Positions 47,167 through 56,816 of a stretch of DNA of 64,000 bases are shown here, piece after piece. The stretch is from Candidatus Cloacimonadales bacterium. GTDB lineage: Bacteria > Cloacimonadota > Cloacimonadia > Cloacimonadales > JAFGVF01. The position numbers and the translations under genes were made by a program. Each line of letters starts with the position of its first letter. The first letter of the stretch is position 1. A model generated the notes under the pieces. The model searched no databases and was not told the DNA's origin. It saw only the letters and a program-made list of their open reading frames with translations. Location of the stretch: assembly GCA_963663475.2 (NCBI GenBank), contig CAXXJV010000002.1:64001-128000 (forward strand). Direction: 5' to 3'.

Positions 47167-48236
47167 TTCTTTTCTCCTCTGATTAGTTGTCCCATAGCTG
47201 ACAAAAGTCCCATTTCATTGATGTCAGCAATAATATCTTCTGCATGCCTAATAAACATGGTTCCTGTTTTGTATTCTGTAAATGGTTGAACCTCTTCTTT
47301 AAGAGCTAATTTAACCACCATAGCAGGTAAGTTTTGTCCTGCTCCTTCAGCTAGTCTAATCCAAGCAGGGAAACGAGGATTAATTTCAATTAAGTAGAAG
47401 TTATCCTTGCTATCTTTAATTAATTCTAGTTCACAAGGTCCCTGCCATTTTAAAGCTGAGATAACGTTTTGGGTGAATTCATTTAGTTTTTTGTTATTAA
47501 CTACAACCCCTCCAAAACCTTTACCTTTATCAGTAATGATAAGTTTTCTTTGAGGTATCATCCCTAAAATATTACCTTGTCCATCACCTACTAAAGATAC
47601 ATTAAATTCATCTCCCACTACTTTTTGCTGGGCTAGTACAGGAAGTCCCCATTTCTCTCTAATTAAGTTGAAATAATAGATTGCTTCGTTGATATTATTA
47701 GCTTGATAAGCTTCATATAAATTACCTTTGATGAAGAGAGGAAATTTAATTTCTTTTTCTAAGTCAAAGATTTTACTGGCATCTACTAAAAATTCTGTTT
47801 TAGGAACATCTATACCTTTTTCAGGGAAGGTTTTAAATATTTTTGCCTTATCTCGGAGAAGTAATTGGTCTTCGCTGGGAAGATAAGTTTTTATACCTCT
47901 AGCAGCTAGTTCTTTAGCTAGTCTTATATAGCCAATAATTTCTGAATCTAGAGTTGGGATAAGGACATCAATCTTGGTATGAGATAGAATATAGTCAATT
48001 CTATTTAGAATAGCATCCTTTCCTTCCGAAGGGTAAGGCATTTGGTAAACTTCTTGTGCTAGGTCAGGATAGTAGATACCTGATTCTAAATTGTCATAGA
48101 TTAGACCTACTATTTTTCCTTTGAAACCTGCATTTCTAATTGATCTAATGATAGGAACACCAGGTTGTGGATTATCGCCTGTCTTTAGACCAGAGACAGC
48201 TATAACCAAATCAGAGTGGTCTAATTTAATAGACAT
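47163..48236 (-). CDS. ATP-grasp domain ligase (small CarB-like)
   Basis: 'IPTLDSE', 'DK', 'FPLFIKG', 'YLIEINPRFPAW'. Confidence 0.85.
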   Translation of the reverse strand: MSIKLDHSDLVIAVSGLKTGDNPQPGVPIIRSIRNAGFKGKIVGLIYDNLESGIYYPDLAQEVYQMPYPSEGKDAILNRIDYILSHTKIDVLIPTLDSEIIGYIRLAKELAARGIKTYLPSEDQLLLRDKAKIFKTFPEKGIDVPKTEFLVDASKIFDLEKEIKFPLFIKGNLYEAYQANNINEAIYYFNLIREKWGLPVLAQQKVVGDEFNVSLVGDGQGNILGMIPQRKLIITDKGKGFGGVVVNNKKLNEFTQNVISALKWQGPCELELIKDSKDNFYLIEINPRFPAWIRLAEGAGQNLPAMVVKLALKEEVQPFTEYKTGTMFIRHAEDIIADINEMGLLSAMGQLIRGEKK

Positions 48237-48486
48237 GGCTACGTTCCACAAGATTGTAATTTTCTAATACACGCATAAAATACTCAATGTCGGAAATAGC
48301 TTCATCTCTGTTAACTTCATACTCTTGTACTAAAGCATTAACTAATTCTTCCATATCTGAACCTGCTATAATTTGATTGATTATCCAAATAGCAGTTTCA
48401 TTAGCATTATAAGAATAACCTGTTGTCGGATCAAAGATAAAGCCACTTTGATTAATTGCTAAGTCTGTTAGTTTTTCTTTATTCAT
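48226..48486 (-). CDS. PqqD family / RiPP recognition element (RRE)-like protein
   Basis: 86 aa; 'GFIFDPTTGYSYNANETAIWI...LVQEYEV...DIEYF...L...NLV'. Confidence 0.85.
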   Translation of the reverse strand: MNKEKLTDLAINQSGFIFDPTTGYSYNANETAIWIINQIIAGSDMEELVNALVQEYEVNRDEAISDIEYFMRVLENYNLVERSHVY

Positions 48487-48589
48487 AATAAACCTTCTTT
48501 TGTTTATTTTTATTTTAAGACTATTAAGACTTATATTCCCTGCAATTTATTTTCCAAAAAGTGAATTTTATTATTTTTCTTCCTTTTAA

Positions 48590-48611
48590 CCCAAATAATG
48601 CACTATTCGGG
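48590..48611. mobile_element. Minimal 22-bp MITE derivative (ends only)
   Basis: CCCAAATAATGCACTATTCGGG flanked by a perfect TTTAA direct repeat. Confidence 0.75.
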
Positions 48612-48612
48612 T

Positions 48613-50124
48613 TTAATACTTCAGTTTTTGTCCAGGATAAATTAAAATCAAACCATTTTTATTCTTTTTTAAATTGTTTTTGGAAATAAGAAGTTTCTGA
48701 CTAACCTTGAGCTTGGAGGAAATACCAGAAATTGAATCACCTTTTTGCACTGTATAACTACCTTTACTAGAACCTGCATTACCATAGAGTTTTAACTTTT
48801 GGCCAGGTCTAATCATATTAGAAGTCATACCATTAAGCTCTTTAATTTTGGCCACACTTGTTTTATATTTTCTAGCAATATTGTAGAGATTATCACCTCT
48901 TTTCACCACATGATGGGTAAAGAAACCAGCATTGCTATTGAGGAATTGCTTTTCAATTTCAGCAACTTTCAGACTATCAGGAACTGCTTCAATAGGAACT
49001 AAAATATTATGAATACCTGCAGGTAAGACAACATCATTAATGTCAGAATATTTCTTTCTACTCTGACGATATATCTTAATCCATGGGTTTAGCTCGTATA
49101 CAGAACCAATATTAGTTCCTTGAGCCTTAGCCCATTCATCAAGCTTATAGTGTCCTTTTAAGGTAATTGGAATTACTTTAGTTGTTTGAAGCATATCTGG
49201 TTCTCTGTCAAATTTAGAACCAAAAATCTTTTCTTCATTCTCAAAAATATATTTAATGGCAATGGCTTTCCAAACATATTCATTTGTTTCTTGAGTTCTA
49301 AAGACTAAATCAGTGAATTTACTACCTCCTTGAGCTTGGAGAACCTTATTAACATTCCCCATACCTGCATTATAGGCACAGTAGGCTAAAAGCCAATCTT
49401 CAGCTCCCTTATTTGAGAAGTACCTATAGGTATCATTGAGTAATTGAGCAGCTACTTGTGTGGATTTATAAATATCGCGTCTTTCATCAACAAAATCATT
49501 TATCAGCATTTTGTAATGTTTTCCAGTATTGGGCATGATTTGCCAGATACCATCAGCCCCCATAGGAGAATGAGCTCTATAACTTAATCTACTTTCAGCA
49601 ATAGCTAGATATTTAGTGTCTGTTGGCACACCTGCTTGAGTAAAAATTGAATCCATTAAGGAAAAATAACGTCCTGACCTAGGGATGAATCTGACAGCAG
49701 ATTTGACTTCACTATTATAAGCTTTTTCAAATCTTTCTAGGTTTCTCTCAATAGTTAAATCAATAGTTTGGCCAGCAAAATCGATTTGGCGAGGAAAACC
49801 AAGGTCTGTAATAACAATATTATCTTTGTATCTGCTTATCTCAAAAATCAAAGAATCAATCAAGGCTTCTTTGTCAGCTAGTTCTAGATAAAGAGAATCA
49901 ATAGTAGTTTGATACTTGAATATTTTCTGATCAAATTCAATGTTTGTGATATCATCAGATTGAATTTCCTCTGAATCTTGTGAGTAGTTATCACTATTGA
50001 TATAGTCGTTTTTATTACTAGTTTCCTGAATATTTTCTGAACTTTCATTCAAGGGAATAAAAGAACTACAGCCACTTAAAAGAAAGACAAAGATTAGTCT
50101 ATATATTAATTTTAACAATTTCAT
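48613..50124 (-). CDS. MltD-like lytic transglycosylase lipoprotein with two LysM domains
   Basis: 'LLSGC' lipobox; 'YLAIAES', 'GIWQIM', 'AYNAG', 'ETNEYV'; LysM 'HVVKRGDNLYNIA', 'YTVQKGDSI'. Confidence 0.88.
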   Translation of the reverse strand: MKLLKLIYRLIFVFLLSGCSSFIPLNESSENIQETSNKNDYINSDNYSQDSEEIQSDDITNIEFDQKIFKYQTTIDSLYLELADKEALIDSLIFEISRYKDNIVITDLGFPRQIDFAGQTIDLTIERNLERFEKAYNSEVKSAVRFIPRSGRYFSLMDSIFTQAGVPTDTKYLAIAESRLSYRAHSPMGADGIWQIMPNTGKHYKMLINDFVDERRDIYKSTQVAAQLLNDTYRYFSNKGAEDWLLAYCAYNAGMGNVNKVLQAQGGSKFTDLVFRTQETNEYVWKAIAIKYIFENEEKIFGSKFDREPDMLQTTKVIPITLKGHYKLDEWAKAQGTNIGSVYELNPWIKIYRQSRKKYSDINDVVLPAGIHNILVPIEAVPDSLKVAEIEKQFLNSNAGFFTHHVVKRGDNLYNIARKYKTSVAKIKELNGMTSNMIRPGQKLKLYGNAGSSKGSYTVQKGDSISGISSKLKVSQKLLISKNNLKKNKNGLILIYPGQKLKY

Positions 50125-50370
50125 TCTCCACTAAATTTATATTATGCATTAAAATTTTGCTTGCTATAGTGTCAATATTTAAATAGATTTAAGAAAGGAA
50201 TTCCAAACATAATCTCGCGAACTGATCTTTTTCAGAATACGACTACACTATCTGGATTAAAGGAAGGAATAAGGATGCTATAGGTAAGCAAAAAAATAAT
50301 AATTTGCTAAAAGGGGTAAACACTTTATATTAATTATAAAATTAGATTAGAAAATAAAGGAGATTTCAAG

Positions 50371-50871
50371 ATGGCTAAAATAACATTACAAGGTAATGAA
50401 ATAAATACTAATGGCAATTTACCTAAAGTAGGCGACAAGGCTGCTGATTTTGTCTTAGTTCAAAAAGATTTAAGTGTAGCAAAATTGAGTGACTATAAAG
50501 GTAAAAAGGTAATATTAAATATATTCCCAAGTTTAGATACAGGCGTTTGTGCTGCTTCTGTTAGAAAATTCAATGCAGAACTTAACAATTTAGAAAATAC
50601 AGTAGTATTATGTATATCTAGAGATCTACCATTTGCCCAAGCTAGATTCTGTGGCGCGGAAGGATTGGACAGAGTGATTACTCTTAGTGAAATGAGAGGA
50701 GACGATTTCTCTAAGACATATGGTGTGCAAATAGTAGATGGCCCAATGGCTGGATTAATGGCTAGGGCAGTTGTAATACTTGATGAAGATGGTAAAGTTA
50801 CTTATACAGAGTTGGTTCCTGAAATAGTACATGAACCAGACTATAATAGTGCTTTAGCAAGTTTAAAATAA
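50371..50871 (+). CDS. tpx: Thiol peroxidase (atypical 2-Cys peroxiredoxin)
   Basis: 'FPSLDTGVC', '[12 protein letters not shown]', 'ARAV', 'EPDY'. Confidence 0.95.
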   Translation: MAKITLQGNEINTNGNLPKVGDKAADFVLVQKDLSVAKLSDYKGKKVILNIFPSLDTGVCAASVRKFNAELNNLENTVVLCISRDLPFAQARFCGAEGLDRVITLSEMRGDDFSKTYGVQIVDGPMAGLMARAVVILDEDGKVTYTELVPEIVHEPDYNSALASLK

Positions 50872-50893
50872 GCTAATTTCGTAATCTTTTACA

Positions 50894-50924
50894 AGCTGGT
50901 AGTATCATTACTACCAGTTTTTTT
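50894..50924 (+). terminator. Intrinsic terminator
   Basis: CTGGTAGT/ACTACCAG stem plus T run. Confidence 0.8.
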
Positions 50925-50959
50925 GTTTGTGTAAATTTCTACTCCATTATCTAGATAAA

Positions 50960-51120
50960 CCCAAATAATGCAGTAGACCTTTGTGAATAGCACTATATTC
51001 TTCTGCAAAAGTAAGATCCATAATTTCTCCGAATATATAAATTATATGCGTCAAAATTCTGTAAGCTATTTTGCTAGAATAATCTGCACTCTTCACTAAA
51101 GCTCTACTACACTATCTGGG
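50960..51120 (+). mobile_element. MITE copy M (161 bp)
   Basis: CCCAAATAATGCA...TACACTATCTGGG; perfect ATAAA TSD. Confidence 0.88.
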
Positions 51121-51169
51121 ATAAAAAAAACAATTGACTTGCTTTATCAAATCCTAAAAATTATTATAA

Positions 51170-51249
51170 CCCAAATAATGCAATAGATCTTTGAGAATAG
51201 CAGAATATTCTTTTGCAGTCTTCTCTAAAGCTCTATTGCACCATTTGGG
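51170..51249 (+). mobile_element. MITE copy N (80 bp)
   Basis: CCCAAATAATGCAATAGA...TCTATTGCACCATTTGGG; ATAA on both flanks. Confidence 0.8.
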
Positions 51250-51277
51250 ATAAAAAACAAAAAATGGGTAATAAATA

Positions 51278-54200
51278 ATGATAAGAGTATTAGATAAAGA
51301 AAAAACTATATCCTATTTTGATTGGTTAGAAGAAATAAAAAATGATGAAGAAAGTGAGCTTTCAAGTCGAATATTAAAACTTAGAAACTTAATGGAATCT
51401 TTTTATCAAGATATTTCTAAGGATTTTAAAGAGTCTTTCCCAAACTTGTACAGTCGCTTTACTTATGCTAACGAATATTATAATATTGATAATGATTTAC
51501 AAGCAAATCTTAATGGAATTAGGATATTTTTAAACAAGGTAATTCACAATGAAATCAAAGAGTATTCTCAGCATAAGCTAACAAGTATATTATTTTATCT
51601 CTATGAATTAATATGCCAGTTTACAGATAAGAGGTTAGTAAGTTTTGATAATCAGGTTAAAAATATAGAATTAGTTAGTTTCACTAAGCTAAAGAAGAGT
51701 AATCATAAGCAAATAGATCAGATAAGCTTGCGAGTTACAGAATTTGAACTTATTCAGCAAGATAATCATTCTTATAAAAGCCAAATTGAAGGTTATGAAG
51801 AAGATGGGGAAGAAGCTATCAAAGTATTGGTCTGGGATATCAAAGATTCAAATACTAATCATGATACTTACTTATATGGCAAGAAAATTGGTTCTATTGC
51901 TAAACTAGTCTGGAAAGGATGTCAGCTAACATTTTATAATATAAAACAAAATAGCAATGATGAGAAAGTATATTTTACACAAGCTACAAGTAAAATTATC
52001 CTTGAATCAGACTTTTTAATTGATGCTACTACTATAGCTAAGTGTTTTCAAAATAAAATAGCTTATCATAAGCTTGCTCTTGTCTCACTCTTTGATAAGG
52101 TAGGGATAAATATACCAATAGTTATAGGTAATTTTGTTAATCAGATGCTAGATAGGATGATAGCATCTAAGACAGGTGATTTTACTAGTTTGTTCAAAGA
52201 ATGTGTCCATACATCAATATTAACATCTTTGAGCTTAGGTGTTAAGAATCTATTAGCAATTATGGAAGAAATAAGAACAAATCACTTTAGTAATCTAGAA
52301 AATTTATGTGAGAAAATCAAAGATATCAAGGTAACTACTGAACCAACTTTTTACTCACCTGAATATGGCCTATTTGGACGTTTAGATGGGCTTTTGGAAG
52401 ATGAAACAGATGACCCTAACCGTCGTTCAATCTTTGAATTAAAAAGTGGAAGTCTACCTCAATATGGGGTGTGGATTAACCATGCTGTCCAAGTTTATGT
52501 TTATGATATGCTTCTTAGATCTCTTTATGGTGAAACAAGAACAGGTTCTTCTATGATTTTCTATAGCAAGGATAAAAAAGAAGAGCTACGTAATGTTCCT
52601 CCAGCTCCCTTTATGGAGCAACATATTCTTATGGTAAGAAACTGTATTGTTAGTGAATTTAAGGCAATTGCTGAGGGAAGAATTGATATTGTTGAGTATT
52701 TTAATGAGATAGATATTACTAAAATTCCTAAATTCTCCAAAGAATCTTTTCTAGCATTGAAGGATTCCTTTAAAGATTTATCCTTGCAAGAAAAAGCTTA
52801 CTTTAATCAGTATCTTTCTTTTCTCTTTAGAGAAATTTGGGCTAGCAAAACAGGAGATTATAGACTTGGGGCAGATCTTAATTCAAGTAAAACAGCTTTT
52901 AGTGGTCTGTGGAAATCAAGTCTGTTAGAAAAGCAAGCTAATCCTCGAGCAATAACTAATCTAAGATTTGTTGGTCAAGAGGATAATCAACTTGTTTTCG
53001 CCAGACCTCAAGAGAAAAAAACTCTCAGTTTACGTGAGGGGGATAGGGTTATTCTTTACCTCTTCCAAGATAAAGTTGCTTCTCAAGTTCTTAAGTGTTC
53101 TCTTTTACAAATTGAAGCTAACTACATATATCTCAAACCGAAGCATGCTGAGATTAATAAGAATATCTTTTCTAATGAAGAAAACTGGGTTATTGAAGCT
53201 GATAAGAATGATGCCAATCTTTTTGGTCTGATTTCTTCTCTATCTGATTTTATGACTTCATCTAGTTTAAATCGGCAATTACTCCTAGGGCAAATACAAC
53301 CACGTTCAAAATCTACTTTATCTTATCAAGATGCTGATGAATATTTAAATCCTATTGTTCAAAAGGCACTATCTGCCCAGGATTACTTCCTCTTACAAGG
53401 ACCTCCAGGTACAGGTAAAACGTCATCTTTTCTGATGAAATGTATAAGATATCTGGCGGAAAATACAAGTGAAAAACTACTCATATTAGCTTTTACTAAT
53501 AGGGCTATTGATGAAGTATGCTTGAAGTTAAATAAAGCTCAACTAGATTATCTGAGGCTGGGAAGTCAGAATGATGATGAAATTAAGAGTCTAACAGATC
53601 TTTGTAAGCCAGAAAGTAAGTTGCAAGAGATTGCTAGTCAATTAGATAATTATAGGATATTGTGTTCAACTGTAGCTTCTTATCACTCTAATAAAGAAGC
53701 TCTGCATAGTATAATTTCTTTCGATACACTTTTTGTTGATGAGGCTTCTCAGTTGATTGAACCAGAATTAATCGGTATAACCAAGAACTTTCAACGTTTT
53801 ATCTTGATTGGTGACCAAAATCAACTTCCAGCAATTAGTATTCAAGATGATGAAAATCAGAAATGTAATGATACTAACTTGAATAGCATGAGTATTCATA
53901 ACTATCGTCAGTCTCTTTTTGAAAGACTCTTTGCTAATGCTCAAGCGAAAGGGTGGACACAAGCCTATCATACCTTAACTTATCATTATAGAATGCATCA
54001 AGATATTGCTCATCTAATTAATATAAACTACGATAATAAACTAAGAACTAGAATTGACCGGCAAATAAATCAAGACTTTTTACTTAATTACCAAACAGCT
54101 AAAGCCAAGCCCCTAATTAATATCCTTAAATCTTCTAGATGTATATTTATTGATTTACCTGATAAAAGATCAAGCAAGATATCACTTAGAGAAGCACAAG

Positions 54201-54646
54201 CATGCCGTACTTTAATTGCTACAATAAAAGAAGCTTTAGGCAAGAAATTTAACTCTAATAGCCTTGGCCTTATCTGTAACTGGAGATCGCAAATAAATCT
54301 TATAAAAGAAATAACTAGGGAATTACTTGAAGAGAATGAGGTAACAATTGATACTGTTGAACGTTATCAAGGTTCTGAAAGAGATATAATAATTTATTCT
54401 CTTACAGTTAATTATCACCATCAATTAGACCTTCTTCAATCTCTTACTCAAAATAGAAAAGTTGACAGAAAACTCAATGTAGCACTTTCTCGTTCTAGAG
54501 AGCAAGTTATTGTTCTAGGAAATGCTTCACTGCTAGCTTCCTTACCTCAATATGCTGCTTTAATTGACCTAATCAAGCGTTCTTTTTTATTTATTAGTTT
54601 TAATGAAGCTGAAGAATGTTTACTTAAGAAAACGGAGATTTTATGA
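51278..54646 (+). CDS. Dna2-like PD-(D/E)XK nuclease / Upf1-type SF1 helicase
   Basis: 'GLFGRLD...FELKSG...QVYVY' nuclease; 'QGPPGTGKT', 'FTNRAID', 'VDEASQ', 'IGDQNQLP', 'SLFERL', 'HYRM', 'DTVERYQGSE', 'LNVALSR'. Confidence 0.9.
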   Translation: MIRVLDKEKTISYFDWLEEIKNDEESELSSRILKLRNLMESFYQDISKDFKESFPNLYSRFTYANEYYNIDNDLQANLNGIRIFLNKVIHNEIKEYSQHKLTSILFYLYELICQFTDKRLVSFDNQVKNIELVSFTKLKKSNHKQIDQISLRVTEFELIQQDNHSYKSQIEGYEEDGEEAIKVLVWDIKDSNTNHDTYLYGKKIGSIAKLVWKGCQLTFYNIKQNSNDEKVYFTQATSKIILESDFLIDATTIAKCFQNKIAYHKLALVSLFDKVGINIPIVIGNFVNQMLDRMIASKTGDFTSLFKECVHTSILTSLSLGVKNLLAIMEEIRTNHFSNLENLCEKIKDIKVTTEPTFYSPEYGLFGRLDGLLEDETDDPNRRSIFELKSGSLPQYGVWINHAVQVYVYDMLLRSLYGETRTGSSMIFYSKDKKEELRNVPPAPFMEQHILMVRNCIVSEFKAIAEGRIDIVEYFNEIDITKIPKFSKESFLALKDSFKDLSLQEKAYFNQYLSFLFREIWASKTGDYRLGADLNSSKTAFSGLWKSSLLEKQANPRAITNLRFVGQEDNQLVFARPQEKKTLSLREGDRVILYLFQDKVASQVLKCSLLQIEANYIYLKPKHAEINKNIFSNEENWVIEADKNDANLFGLISSLSDFMTSSSLNRQLLLGQIQPRSKSTLSYQDADEYLNPIVQKALSAQDYFLLQGPPGTGKTSSFLMKCIRYLAENTSEKLLILAFTNRAIDEVCLKLNKAQLDYLRLGSQNDDEIKSLTDLCKPESKLQEIASQLDNYRILCSTVASYHSNKEALHSIISFDTLFVDEASQLIEPELIGITKNFQRFILIGDQNQLPAISIQDDENQKCNDTNLNSMSIHNYRQSLFERLFANAQAKGWTQAYHTLTYHYRMHQDIAHLININYDNKLRTRIDRQINQDFLLNYQTAKAKPLINILKSSRCIFIDLPDKRSSKISLREAQACRTLIATIKEALGKKFNSNSLGLICNWRSQINLIKEITRELLEENEVTIDTVERYQGSERDIIIYSLTVNYHHQLDLLQSLTQNRKVDRKLNVALSRSREQVIVLGNASLLASLPQYAALIDLIKRSFLFISFNEAEECLLKKTEIL

Positions 54647-55713
54647 AAATAAATAATGACTGTATCTTCTTCAAAGGAGATATGCCCTGCAAACCTCATA
54701 AAGAACATGGCTATCATTGCTGTGATTGTCCTGAATACCAGCCTTTTGACCACCAAATACTTATTATAAAACTTGGGGCTAGTGGAGATGTTTTGCGAAC
54801 TAGTCCTATCTTACACCCAATCAGAAAGTCCTTCCCTAATGCTCACATTACTTGGATAACTAAAACTAGTGAATTTGTTCCAAAATCTCACGTAAATACT
54901 ATCCTTCAATGGAGTACTGACAATATTTTATGGTTGAAAGAAAGAAACTTTGATATTGTTTATAGTTTAGATAAAGATAAAGAAGCTATAGCCTTAGCCT
55001 CTTCTTTGAAGACTAGTCACTTAAAAGGTTATACAATGGATGAATGGGGAAATTGTCAAGCAGCAGATCAAGATGCCTGTCATAAATGGCAAACTGGTCT
55101 TTGGGATGATCTTTGTAAAGAGAATACAAAATCTTATCCTCAAGAAATTATTGAACTATGTGGATTTGATTATCATAAGGAAAAATATATTATTAATAAA
55201 CCTAGTCCTGTTTATCGTTATGGTATAGATCCTACTATGAAGATAGTTGGACTTAACCCTGGTTGTGGTAATCGTTGGTTAACCAGACTATGGGGTGAAG
55301 AAAACTGGATACAACTCTGCAAAAAATTAAATGCAAATGGTTATACACCAATAGTTTTTGGTGGAAACTATGAAAATGAGATGAATATGCGTATTTCTTC
55401 TCGCGGAAAAGCACTTTATTTTGGCGTAAAACCCTTACAAGAATTTATCTCTATTGTTAACTCTTGTGAATTAGTAGTAACTTCAGTAACTATGGCTATG
55501 CATGTAGCTATTGCTCTGGAAAAGAAGCTAGTTCTTTTAAATAATATTTTTAACAAACATGAATTTGAACTCTATGGCTTAGGTTCAATATTAGAACCAG
55601 ATAAGCCTTGTAAGTGTTGTTATAAGAATACTTGTGAAGAAGCTTGTATGGAAACAATACCAGTAGAATCTGTTTATGCTGAAATTGTTAAACTAATTGG
55701 AAAAGCTGAATGA
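54643..55713 (+). CDS. Glycosyltransferase family 9 with N-terminal Cys/His cluster
   Basis: 'KLGASGDVLR', 'MAMHVAIAL'; N-terminal 'CIFFKGDMPCKPHKEHGYHCCDC'. Confidence 0.85.
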   Translation: MKINNDCIFFKGDMPCKPHKEHGYHCCDCPEYQPFDHQILIIKLGASGDVLRTSPILHPIRKSFPNAHITWITKTSEFVPKSHVNTILQWSTDNILWLKERNFDIVYSLDKDKEAIALASSLKTSHLKGYTMDEWGNCQAADQDACHKWQTGLWDDLCKENTKSYPQEIIELCGFDYHKEKYIINKPSPVYRYGIDPTMKIVGLNPGCGNRWLTRLWGEENWIQLCKKLNANGYTPIVFGGNYENEMNMRISSRGKALYFGVKPLQEFISIVNSCELVVTSVTMAMHVAIALEKKLVLLNNIFNKHEFELYGLGSILEPDKPCKCCYKNTCEEACMETIPVESVYAEIVKLIGKAE

Positions 55714-56816
55714 GAATTGCCTTTATAGGTCCTGCTTATCCTCTGAGAGGGGGAATAGCTCAATTTATAGCTATCTTAGCCAAGAAATTGCAAGCTAGGG
55801 GACATGAGATTAAGATTTTCTCATTTAAGAAGCAATATCCTCAGCTAATTTTTCCAGGTAAAGAGCAAATAGAAAATAGTAAATTAATCATAGATCTTCC
55901 TATAGAATCATATTTAATTCCTTATAATCCTTTAACTTATGGAAAAACAATCAGGGAGATTATTAAGTTTAAACCTGATGTGATTATACTCAAATATTGG
56001 ATACCCTTCTTTGCTCCGGCTTTTGGATATATTAGCAGAAAGATTAAGAAGAAAATAACTTGTAAAATTCTTTATATTATTGATAATATAGATTTTCATG
56101 AAAAGTGGATTGCTGGGGATAGTCTAACTAAGTATGCCCTTAAAAAAGCAGATTTTTTTATTACTATGTCTCAAAGTGTGAAAAAAAGTCTTCATAATCT
56201 TTTTCCTAAGTTAGCAGATAAGAGAGTTAGTATGCTAGAACACCCAACTTATGATTTTTATGCTTCCAAAGATAAAGAAAATTATGACTTTCAATATCAT
56301 CTTCTATTTTTTGGCTATATCAAAGGCTATAAAGGTCTAGATGTTCTACTTGAAGCCTTACCTCTTGTAATTAAGCAAATACCTCAAATCAAGCTTACAA
56401 TAGCAGGGGAAGTCTATGGCGATGAGAGAATTTATCTTGATCTTATAAACAAATACAAGCTTAAAGAGTATATAAACTTTCAGAATAGGTATATAGCTAA
56501 TGAAGAGGTAAAAGATTTCTTTCTTAGTGCTGATGTTGTAGTTTTGCCCTATAAACAGGCTACTCAGAGTGGGATAATTCAGCTTGCATATGCTTTTGGA
56601 CTACCTGTTATAGCGTCAGCAGTAGGTGGAATACCTGAAGTAATCACGCAAGATAAAACTGGAAGCCTTGTTGCTGCAAATGATCCTCAAGCTCTGGCAC
56701 AAGCAATAATTGATTTCTATAATAAATTTGATTTAAAAGAAGCTTATCAAGCAATTATGCAAGAAAATAGTAAATATTCTTGGCAACCCTTTATCGAACA
56801 AATAGAAAGCTTATGA
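55710..56816 (+). CDS. Glycosyltransferase family 4
   Basis: 'GPAYPLRGGI', 'FFGYIKGYKG', 'LPYKQATQSG'. Confidence 0.9.
   Translation: MRIAFIGPAYPLRGGIAQFIAILAKKLQARGHEIKIFSFKKQYPQLIFPGKEQIENSKLIIDLPIESYLIPYNPLTYGKTIREIIKFKPDVIILKYWIPFFAPAFGYISRKIKKKITCKILYIIDNIDFHEKWIAGDSLTKYALKKADFFITMSQSVKKSLHNLFPKLADKRVSMLEHPTYDFYASKDKENYDFQYHLLFFGYIKGYKGLDVLLEALPLVIKQIPQIKLTIAGEVYGDERIYLDLINKYKLKEYINFQNRYIANEEVKDFFLSADVVVLPYKQATQSGIIQLAYAFGLPVIASAVGGIPEVITQDKTGSLVAANDPQALAQAIIDFYNKFDLKEAYQAIMQENSKYSWQPFIEQIESL

Noticed and set aside
2587-51249. Recurrent repeats as a CRISPR array
   Set aside because: Dispersed, variable in length, with TIRs and TSDs; no regular repeat-spacer period and no cas operon
51278-54646. 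Cas4 / CRISPR-associated gene
   Set aside because: The nuclease is fused to a Upf1-type helicase (Dna2 architecture) and there is no CRISPR context
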